Origin: Felis catus
Taxonomy: Eukaryota
Direction: 5' to 3'
NCBI RefSeq assembly: GCF_018350175.1
Contig: NC_058368.1
Span: 202,680,001 to 202,744,000, forward strand
Length of the DNA: 64,000 bases
The number at the start of each line of letters is the position of its first letter. The first letter of the stretch is position 1. The translations under genes were made by a program, and so were the position numbers. The notes beneath the pieces are model-generated. The model made no database searches. It was not told the DNA's origin and was given only the letters and a program-made list of their open reading frames with translations. Of this stretch, positions 53,627 through 64,000 are shown one piece after another.

Positions 53627-53859
53627 GGGGCGCCTGGGTGGCGCAGTCGGTTAAGCGTCCGACTTCAGCCAGGTCACGATCTCACGGTCTGTGAGTTCGA
53701 GCCCCGCGTCAGGCTCTGGGCTGATGGCTCAGAGCCTGGAGCCTGTTTCCGATTCTGTGTCTCCCTCTCTCTCTGCCCCTCCCCCGTTCATGCTCTGTCT
53801 CTCTCTGTCCCAAAAATAAATAAACGCTGAAAAAAAAAAAATTTAAAAAAAAAAAAAAA
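53627..53859 (+). mobile_element. Young feline CAN-SINE
   Basis: CpG-rich, long A tail, perfect 14-bp TSD aagggaagagtctt (53613-53626 / 53860-53873). Confidence 0.97.
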
Positions 53860-53964
53860 AAGGGAAGAGTCTTTTTCCAGTGTATTTATCCAGTTTTATT
53901 GCGTACTTTTTTATTTGTATTCATTTTATCATCTATGCGATGAGACTAGTTTGGGGGCTTTAAT

Positions 53965-54392
53965 TAATTTTTTCAAAGCGTGGTCTCATGACCATCTGTA
54001 TTTGCAACATCACAGGAATGTTTCTCTTTTTTTAAATTTTTTTTAACTTTTGTTTTTGAGAGAGAGAGAGAACCAGAGTACAAGCGTCAGAGGGACAGAG
54101 AGAGAGTGAGACAAAGAATCCAAAGCAGGCTCCAGGCTCTGAGCTGTTAGCACAGAGACTGATGCAGGGCTTGAACTCAAGAGCCGTGAGGTCATGACTT
54201 GAGTTGAAGGTCAGGTGCTTAACCAACTGAGACACCCAGGTGTCCCAAGGGAATGTTTCTCAAATGTGTATAAGTCATCTGACAATCTTTTTTTTAAGAT
54301 GTAGACTCTGATTTCAAAGGTCTGGGGTAAAGCCTAAAATTCTCTTCTAATAAGTTCCTAGGTAATATCTATGCTTTTGTTTGAATAGCAGG
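53965..54392. mobile_element. MER5-like fossil interrupted by a SINE
   Basis: tcaaagcgtggtctc...[SINE]...gactctgatttcaaaggtctgggg...taataagttcctaggtaat. Confidence 0.55.
54027..54246 (-). mobile_element. CAN-SINE, antisense
   Basis: TSD ggaatgtttctc (54015-54026 / 54250-54261). Confidence 0.94.
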
Positions 54393-55166
54393 GATTTATT
54401 TTCAAAGTGTATATGTGTATGTATGAGTGTGTGTAAATTCACAAAAGCAAATACATTGAGGGAATCAATCTCTGGAGTTAAGCCTGAAAAATCTGTAATC
54501 CCAAAAGGCAACCTCACCCCAAGTGTTATAAACAATCAAGTTTAAGAACTTCTTGGTTAAATGAACTTAAATGTCTGAGTTCATTTTCAACTGTAAAATT
54601 ATCTGGATCTAGTCTCACCCTGATAGTCTCTAAAGTCCTAAATTGAAGTGTGACATATTCTCTTACTCTACAGGGCATCTGTGTTGCTTGAGTATCAATG
54701 ACTTACAAACAGCTGCCAGGCTCTCTGTCACGAAATTCAAATTTTAATTAGGTCTGATCTTTTGCTATAAGGTCTAAGATAGCACCTTTTGTACTACCCA
54801 AACTTAGGAGATTCTATCCAGATGAGGCACCAAACCTCAACCTGATACTTTTTTTAGAACTCAGCTGAACAAAGATTCCAAGAAAATAACATCACTTTTT
54901 TTCTTGCCCCATCACTGGCTTTTCTGGGATGACACCCTTAAATTCACTCAGAGCTCCTTTCCTGCCCCTCAACAACATCTCAGTTCTTTACAGGAAATGT
55001 TTACCTAATAAATTCCTTGCATAGCATGTCACACAGAGTAGGTACATTATAGCCTAGTACATTAGTTCCTTCCCCTTAAAAGATTTCTTCTTTTTGTTAC
55101 TGTTATTCAAATGTTATTGAATATTGAGCATGACAAAGTAACATGATAATTTTTCATACAGCATAA

Positions 55167-55655
<489 letters not shown>

Positions 55656-55801
55656 TGAACTGTTTCTTTATCTTTTTTTTGATTTCTATTCTCCTTCCAT
55701 GTTCATTTTACCTGTTTATTCCTTAGACTTTGATTATAGACAAACCTGACCTGTTGCAAGTAATTCATTTCCTATTTCCTCATTAAAACACTTCAATGTC
55801 A

Positions 55802-56019
55802 TGGTGCGTGGGTGGGTCAGTTGATTAAGCATCCAACTCTTGGATTTGGCTCAGGTCTTGATCTCATGATTTCGTGAGTTTGAGCCCCTCATTGGGCTCT
55901 GTGCTGACAGCATGGAGACAGCAAGGAGCCTGCTTGGAATTCTCTCTCCCTCCCTCTCTCTCTGTCCCTCCCCCACTCATACTGTCTCTCTCAAAATAGA
56001 CACACTTAAAAAAACAACA
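55802..56019 (+). mobile_element. CAN-SINE
   Basis: TSD aaaacacttcaatgtca (55785-55801) / aaaacgcttgaatgtca (56020-56036). Confidence 0.93.
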
Positions 56020-56199
56020 AAAACGCTTGAATGTCAATAATCCCGTTTGCCTTGCATCTTCTTTCCATACCTCCCCAGAAGTCTTCTGTCTGCCCACTTG
56101 AATATTCAGGTCACTCCTGATCAAAGGAATATTCACATAATTGTTCATATTTCTTATAGTGCTTTTCTTTCCCTTCTTTCTTTTACTACCAACCTTCTC

Positions 56200-57415
56200 A
56201 AAAGATAGCTGTGTAATCATTACACTGTGGTTTGATCTGCACTTCTTTACCAAAGTTGTTTCCTTGCAAGTTATCAGAAACCTGTTACTCATCAAAGCCT
56301 TTGCCTTTGAGCCCTTGGTGGTACTTTTTAAAGTGTTAGCAAAACACACATCCTGAATCTCTTTTTTGGACTTCCTTAACACTGAACCATGAATAAGCCA
56401 TTGGCTTCTCATTTTGCATATCTTAATCTGTTCTTTTTAAATTTATGTCTTCTTGTACCTTACTTCTGTAAATTATGAGCTCCAAGTTCTTGCCAATATG
56501 CTGTTTTCTTAAATCTACATGGTATATATAATAAGCTATGTAATATAGTCGTTATCTATCATGACTAAACCATTTTTCTTTTGAAGTGTTTCAGTAAATG
56601 TTTTAGTCGTTCTCTCAAGTCAATTGGAATGTAAAATTATAGTCTTTGGAAACTTTCTCTGCTCTGCACATCCAATCACCAAATGCCATCAGTGCACTGT
56701 AGCAGTACATCCCACTGTGCCCTTGTTGCCTTCCCCAGTGCCTTGGCCCTAACCTTAGTCCTCTCACATGGACAGTTGGCACTGTCTCCTTACTTTGCCT
56801 TCCAGTCTCTGGGCTGTCTTCTCTAACTGCCACTTAAAACATTGCTGCTAGATTAATCTTTTTTTTTTTTTTTAATGAGGATGAGCTACTCATTTCTCTC
56901 CTGAGAAACTTTCTCTCTTTACATACAAAATTAAATCCAATTTAGTCTCCCTAGACTCGTATTCCAGCCCTTCTGTGCTCTGGTCCCAGCTAAATTTCCA
57001 GCTTTACTTTCCCTGCTGCTCCACATGTTCCAGAGTGGCCTACAGCCAAACTGTGCAACTTGCTGTTTTGCAAAAATCAATTATAATTTCTCACCTTGCT
57101 TCATATGGTTTTCAGAAATGTCTCTCATCTGTTAGCAAAATCTAGTTCAAATAATATTTCTTTATTCATAACTTGTTTTTGATTTTCCATGCTAGATTTG
57201 ATCTTTCTTTTCTTTGACCCCCTAATGCACTGAGTCTACAGCTCTTGTGGGCTCCTTATCCATTCTGTCTATGTTATCATTATTGGTTCACATTTGTTTT
57301 CTCCACTTTGGTCTTGAAAGTTCCTTAAGACCAAAGGCTTATCTATATTTTAAATTTCTCTTGAAATCTCTAGTGCATGTAGCATATATCAAATGCTCAC
57401 TAAATATTTTCATTG
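56200..57415 (+). mobile_element. L2 fragments
   Basis: Pyrimidine-rich L2 body (cacatccaatcaccaaatgcc; ctgctagattaatcttt) ending gaaagttccttaagacc...tgctcactaaatattt. Confidence 0.65.
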
Positions 57416-58179
57416 CAACTAATATCTTTACCATTTATAACCATTCCCAAGCTTCTGCATCCCCTAAAAGTTATTTGTATTTTTTTTTGAGCCTTAAACT
57501 ATCAATTAAGAGTTTGTCAGTAAAGGAATTAAATATCTGCTGTTGATTAGCTTATTTTCTTTACAAATACCTCAAGTAAGACTATCACAAATTGTTTTGC
57601 TTTGGGAAACACAATTGAAGCTCCATTCTTTGTTGTAGTTTTAGAAACAAAATAATGTATAGTTTTCTAAAAAATATATATCAGTGTGCTTTGGTTTATC
57701 TCTTTGTTGGATTACAGAATTTGCTTTAAATTCAAATCCCTTTCATTGAAAGGCAGAAGCTCAGGACACTGGAGCCAGGCTGGGTTCTCAAGGGCCCAGA
57801 GGAATTCAGAGGCAGGATGGGAGAGGCCATAGCAGGGAAACAAAGGTAACCAAGAGAGGGTATCAGAGATTAAGACTAAATCAAGACAGGAAGATATGAT
57901 AAAACTAAGGATATATTTCAAAGAAGCAGGAAAATGTTAGGATTCCAGCGTAAAATGTCATTGAGGGAATACGGAAAGCGGACAGAAAAAGTGAGTGTAA
58001 AAATGAAGCCTAAGAAGTTTCATGCTTAAATAGGAAGCATTCCCCTGTGCTAAAGATACTCATTGTAGTGTGAAATCAGAATAACAAGTGCATCTTCTTA
58101 ACCATGTGCATTTTATTAACTACCCTTCTCTTGCCACACATTAATTTACTCTGATGTTCAGTGGAAAAAACTCACTTTT

Positions 58180-58840
58180 CATTTTTACCCACTACCAAAC
58201 ATCCACAGCCATATGAAGACATATGTCCAATTTCCTTATATTTTCAAACACCATGGTCCAGAGTCTTGGTGTCTTTTAATTCAACTTCTGAAGTTCACTC
58301 ACAGCTTTTCTCCCTGCTTTTGACCTCAGTTCAAACGGATACTATCACATGGCCACCATACTGACTGATATAGAACACAAATGTCATGACTCTACTCTCT
58401 TCCTAGAACCTGATCATGATCTCTCATCCCCTGTAGGAAAAGTCCAAGCTCCTTGACATGGCATATGAGACGCTCCATGCCCTGCCTTCATCTTTACTTT
58501 TTTTTTTCATTAACACTTCATCAACAGGAAACTGTTGATAATTTTCTGGGGAAAAGAGAAAGTACTGTGAATATCTCATTGCCTTTCCTCATGCTACTCT
58601 ATCTTCACTCCTTTCTACTCAGCTTACCTTCCACTTCCCATTAAACACTCTTACCACACGTGAACTTCTTCGTAAATTTTTCCTGACCGCTCTGTCTCTA
58701 ACATTGTATTTATCATTTGTCAGTTTATTGTTTGTCTAAGACTATGATTTTCTTGAGGATAGAGGCTATGCCTTAATCTTTATACCTTTATTGACCAACG
58801 TATAGTAGGAACTCATCAAATATTTACTGACTGAATGGCC
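58180..58840 (+). mobile_element. L2 fragments
   Basis: aaagtccaagctccttgacatggcat...cttgaggatagaggctatgcctta...tagtaggaactcatcaaatatttactgactgaatg. Confidence 0.7.
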
Positions 58841-60639
58841 TTTAACAGAATTATGAATGAAAAACAGAGTAAGAATTGTGACTACTTAATAAAAATAGAG
58901 ATTTTGTAAGTGGAATCATGGTGTGCTCAGACACTTAACACCTTAAAAACGTGAAAACAATGTTCTGCATTTGTTCCCCTCCTTTTCAGTTTTTGCACTT
59001 CTGGCATCAGAATCATGCAAAAGCATAAATTTAATGTTATACTGAGGTAAGACTTTATTAGAAAGGAAATAGATGGGTCAAGAAAGTAAGGAAACGCATA
59101 GCAGAGAGATAACAAGAGTCATTATTCAAATAAAACATGAATCTAAAAAAGCCAGAGAAAAGTTCAATAAGAACAATGAGAAATACATCTTGCTCCCTAT
59201 TAAATTAGAGTGTTATGTACCCGCTGTGTTAAAGTCATCATGGTAGATCACGAGAAATCTTTTTAAAGTAATAAATTACATTATTTCATCAAAAGCTTCA
59301 TTCCAGTTAGAAGATGAGGCATCAACTTGGCAAAGGCATATTTTGGTCACTCTTGTGCTCCTAGTGTCTAGAAAGTGCCCGGCACATAGAAGACATTGAA
59401 TGACTGATCCCATCAATGTCAAATGAATGAAAGTAGAATACTTGGAAGGGGAGAGCTGGACTATTTGATATGTATTTTGTGACAAAAGGTAAAAATATAA
59501 GATATGTATGGTATACACCACACACCATATAATTGCTATATAATATATATATAACATATATAATTGCTAATCATATGTTCAATTTTGAGTCAACCACCAT
59601 TTTATATTGCAACAAAAGTTTTAACTTAAAATACTTTATTGTACAGAAGGCTCATTTTTATGAAACTATGTAGCCTAATATGAGATGCTAATGTATACTA
59701 AAGAGCAGTGATTTCTACCCTAACACAAGTCAGAGTACTCAGGAATGCGTAGAAGTGAAAGGTAGGTCAAGCCTTCAGACTCTCAAAAACATATGCAAAA
59801 GACCTATTGAGTCAAAACATAAAATGCAATGTTAAGGAATGTGAAAATTATTCTATATTCATAATCAATTAAGCCATTATTATGTTTTATCCATTTTATA
59901 GCCCAGTTTATTTTTAATGTGTTTGAATACTTTTAAATATGAATACTCCCAAAGATGTAAAATGGCGGAAGGAATTTCTTTTGCATGACCTACGATCTTA
60001 ACAAAAATCTTATACCATGCATATGCAAATTAATTCAGTTAGCAGTTACTACAAAAACACTACTTCATCAAGTACACTCTTCTGTTTCTATTTCTGTGTC
60101 ATGAATTAGGTGATTTATCTTTTCATATGTTGAAGACAAATTTAACAAATATCTGGCTCATTCTTATTGTCCCAGTCTCCATAAAAATGGTACCTTCTCA
60201 AAGAGGCCCTCCTTGAGAAGTTTATCTGAATTCGTTCTCTTGAAGTCCTTCTCTGAACATAAGCCTTTTTGCTGGGTACATCCACTGTATTGTCTTGGAT
60301 CCAAGAAGGCGAGGGTTTTGTCTTTCTTGATTTCCACCATAACTTCAGTCCCTAGGCAGTATACATTTAATAACTACTTGTTGGATAAGTAAACGAATGC
60401 AAAGAAAGTATTAATCTCACATTTGGCAAATCATCTCAAAGAATCATTGATTGTTAGAGCTCAGAGAGAACATTTTGTCAACAAAACAGTAGTGTTCATG
60501 TGGATAAAAAGTGATGCCCAGAACTATGAAGTGCTCTGGCCATAGAATTCTCTTAATATCACTTTCCATTATAGTATGGAAAATATGGTTTCTCAGATAT
60601 AACAAAAGGATGCTGGTATCTTTAGATTCCTCCATGTTT

Positions 60640-60860
60640 TTTGATTTTTTTTTTAAGTTTATTTATTTATTTTGAGAGAGAAGGAGGGAGAGAGCATGCA
60701 TGAGTGTATTAGGGACAGAGAAAGAGAGGGAGAATCACATACAGGCTCCACACTGTCAGCACGGAGCCCAACACGGGGTTCAAAATCGTGAACCCTAAGA
60801 TCATGACCTGAGCCAAAACCAAGAGTCGGACGCTTAACCAACTGAGCCACCCAGGCAACT
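60640..60860 (-). mobile_element. CAN-SINE, antisense
   Basis: Reverse SINE ending cttaaccaactgagccacccaggc, with T-rich tail. Confidence 0.93.
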
Positions 60861-61749
60861 CTGTGATTTTGATTCTTGTGTATATACGATATGCCAGAAG
60901 GTCCTATTTTGCTCATGGATGTTTTTACTTTTCACTTTCTTCAGGGTATTTTTATTAGTGATTTAGTGCAGTCAGGATGGGATAAGGGGACATTTTAATA
61001 GAGTATCACTATAGAAGGTATATAGATACTCTGTAAAATTTCTATAACCTAGTAACATCCATAGAATAGACAAATATATTTTTTTTAAGATTCTGTTCCT
61101 AGTCTTACTAGAGTGTTGTCAGTGGCTCGTGAAACAAATGTTGCTGGTCTCCCTGTCCAAACCGAAGTAGGAGCCACCTCATGAGGTAAAGATGGCAAAT
61201 GAAGTTGCATGACCGTCCTCAGTTAGGCCACTATGACCTGAGCACTGGCCCCACTACAATTGTCAGCATTCTGAGGAGGGATTGTAAAGTCATCTTAAAA
61301 AATTATCTTCATTTCACTGTGAACTAAAATACATGGACCAGAACAACTGTAATTTTCTGAGAAAAACTTTGAGATGGTACTCAGAAACTTGGCATTTCAA
61401 ATTAAAGCTATTATTTTATGATGTATGTATGCATTATCTATAATCTCCGATCTCTGGTTGCTCTGTGGCTGTGTCCGGTCAAAATTCTGAGTCTGCAAAG
61501 CCCAACCTAAGTGATGTCTAGAAACCTCCCCTCCCTCCAGTTGTTATTTGACCTGGCTCTACCTAGAGAGCTTTTGCTTCTCCTTCCATTCACTTATAAT
61601 ATGCTCCTATTTTCCCACAACTGCTCTGTATCCAGTTTTATTGTTTTGAATAGTTTAAATCCCTTTTATGATATGCTCAGTGCCATTAATAGTCATATGT
61701 ATACTTTCAGTTGTACAACAAATAATGAATGAGAAACTACTACGAAGGG

Positions 61750-62230
61750 GCTATGCAGCATCACGGTTAAGAGCATGGCCCTGTTTCCACCAGCTCCATT
61801 TAAATCCAGCCCCACAACTTACTATATGTATGACTTGGGTTGTTTAGTAACTTGTATGTATTTCCCTTTCCTCATTTTTTAATGTGGATGATGGTGAGAT
61901 TAACTACTTCATAGAGTTGTTATAAACATTAAATGAGTGGGGGTGCCTGGGTGGCTCAGTCAGTTAAATCATCTGACTTCAAGTCAGTTCATAATCTCAT
62001 GGTTCATGAGTTCCAGCCCTGCGTTGGGCTCTATGCTGACAGCTCAGAGTCTGGAGCCTGCTTCGGATTCTGTATCTCCCTCTTTCTCTGCCCCACCCCA
62101 GCTCACACTCTGTCTCTGTCTCTCTCAAAAAATAAACATTAAAAAAAAATTTTAAAGATTAAATTAGCAAAAAATATAAAAAATTAGAAATGTACCTGGC
62201 ACATAATAAGTGCACAGGAAAATTTAATTT
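61750..62230 (+). mobile_element. MIR interrupted by a SINE
   Basis: ggttaagagcatgg...aaatccagc...tttcctcattt...acttcatagagttgtt[SINE]...cctggcacataataagtgc. Confidence 0.75.
61939..62154 (+). mobile_element. CAN-SINE
   Basis: Complete head, (CT)n and A tail. Confidence 0.94.
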
Positions 62231-63499
62231 GAAGTATTACTCTGATCCGGTGAAGAATAAGATACGGTCCCAGCTCTCATAGTTCTTGCAGCTTAGTGAG
62301 AGATAGAAATTTAAATAATCAATTATAACTGTATATGAGTGCCATGAGAGGGTTATTCAGAGGATGTTAGGCCACACAGAAGAGGGAGTGTCCATTCTTA
62401 TCATATGTCTCATTTCTTCTGGAATGTATCCAAACGATCTGCTAATAAAGCCTTTCCTTCATTTTAACAGCCAGCTTTCTGGAGACAATGTCTTAGCATC
62501 AAAATTTGGCATTGAAATGTTATGATCATGAGACTGATGAATGCTTTAGCAAAAGCAGGCAGTGTATTTAAAACTAAAAAAAAAAACTAATTAGAAAAAT
62601 TCAGTGAACTATACCCCTCTGCTTATGGGAGCCTGTTGGAGTGTGTACAAAGTAAGAAGGTCTATTTTTAACATGATCAGATTTATACTTATTCGATTAG
62701 AGCAAAATGGCAAACTTAACTGTCGAGAAAGAGGTTAATGCCCTTCTGAGTCTGTCTCCAAAGTTCAGAACTGATCTATTTTTAAACAATGGAGTGTGAA
62801 GAGCCATGGGCTGAAAATAGGTACAGATCATGTGTCCCAGTAGAATATAGGACGTCAGTATATTTCATTTTCACAGAACATGAATTGGGCTGAGAGTATA
62901 ATACTGTCCTTCTGACCTTTAATTTGTTGAATAGACTGTTAAGGAAGAAAGCATAATCTGCATGCGTATTTACTTAGAGCAATTTGCAATCATTTTTTTT
63001 AAAGTACATACTTGTTGATTTTTAAGATTCCATCTATAATGTGTTTAGTTAAGATGAACTAAAACAGGCTAGACTCTGAGTTGTAAAATTATAAAGGATC
63101 TTTTTAATTATCAGATATTCTTGTAATAGGCACAATAACAAAAGGCTAGAAAAATTCTTCAAGTGGCCTGCTCATGGTCACATTGCCAAACAAAGAAATT
63201 GTGTCTTTTTCTCTCTTTTGGTGTAGAGATTTTTCTCTTGCATCCTTAGTTTCTAGAAAACAAATAGACAAAAGAAAATTATCAGTTTCTTAATATGTGC
63301 AAAACATTGATCCAGGCACGATGGGAAGGCAAATTGTACAATATGGTTTAGTCTCAAAGTGCTTACCATTATGCTTGTAGAGACAAGATATAAATACATG
63401 GGGAAAAAATAAACTATGAAAAGAACGTTAAAGTACTTTACTAAAAATACAAGAAATGTAAAAGGTTCATATATGGTTAATTGCCAGAGAAAAGCTGAC

Positions 63500-63880
63500 A
63501 CTACATACTAAAATTCTAAATGGATTGAAGACTTAGGTATACAATCTGAAACCATAGAACTCCTAGAAGGAAACACAGGGAAAATGCTTCTTGATGTCAA
63601 TCTTGGCAGTGACTTTTTTGGATGTGACACCTAAAGCATAAGTGACAAAAGCAAATGTAAATAAATGGGACGACATGAAACTAAAAGGCTTCTGCACAGC
63701 AAAAGACACAATGAACAAAATGAAAAGCCAGCCTATGGAAAGGAAGAAAATATTTGCAAACCACACATCCGATGAGAGGTTACTATCCAAAATGTTTAAG
63801 GGACTCATACAACCCAATAGCAAGAAGATAAGTAGTCCAATTCAAAAAATGGGCAAAGGATGTGAATGGATTTTTCTCTC
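63500..63880 (+). mobile_element. L1 ORF2 fragment
   Basis: TKANVNKWDDMKLKGFCTAKDTMNKMKSQPMERKKIFANHTSD is an L1 ORF2 peptide. Confidence 0.9.
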
Positions 63881-63881
63881 C

Positions 63882-64000
63882 AGGGCGCCGGGTGCCTCAG
63901 TCGGATAAGTACGACTGACTCTTGGGTTCAGCTCAGGTTTGATCTCTGGTTTGGTGGGATAGATCAAGCCCCATATCCTACTCTGCACTGACACCATGGC
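63882..64000 (+). mobile_element. CAN-SINE head running off the window edge
   Basis: gggcgccgggtgcctcagtcggataag...cagctcagg...ctctgcactgaca. Confidence 0.8.

Noticed and set aside
53627..53705. tRNA gene
   Set aside because: The A and B boxes belong to the tRNA-derived SINE head and are followed by (CT)n, an A tail and a TSD.
55864..56412. 182-aa minus-strand ORF
   Set aside because: It runs across a SINE and L2 remnants and has no recognisable domain.

Overview
AT-rich mammalian genomic DNA from a felid, judged by the many feline-type CAN-SINEs and carnivore L1s. The window lies inside HCN1 (hyperpolarization-activated cyclic nucleotide-gated channel 1) on the + strand. Two coding exons are present: 16363-16581 (219 bp; pore helix, CIGYG selectivity filter, S6) and 55203-55349 (147 bp; C-linker). 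They are separated by a 38,621-bp phase-0 GT-AG intron and probably correspond to human exons 4 and 5. The rest is intronic: about 20 CAN-SINEs, one near-full-length decayed antisense L1, several truncated L1s, a near-complete MER45R-like hAT fossil with readable transposase remnants, MER20, MER5, Tigger, MLT1, MIR and L2 fossils, and microsatellites. Nearly all other ORFs in the track are repeat-derived or chance frames. I found no evidence of a new multi-gene system. The most notable observations are small-scale: retrotransposition and repair footprints, young insertions that may be polymorphic, inverted SINEs around the C-linker exon, and two quasi-palindromes. Repeat family names come from recalled consensus sequences, and old-repeat boundaries are approximate.
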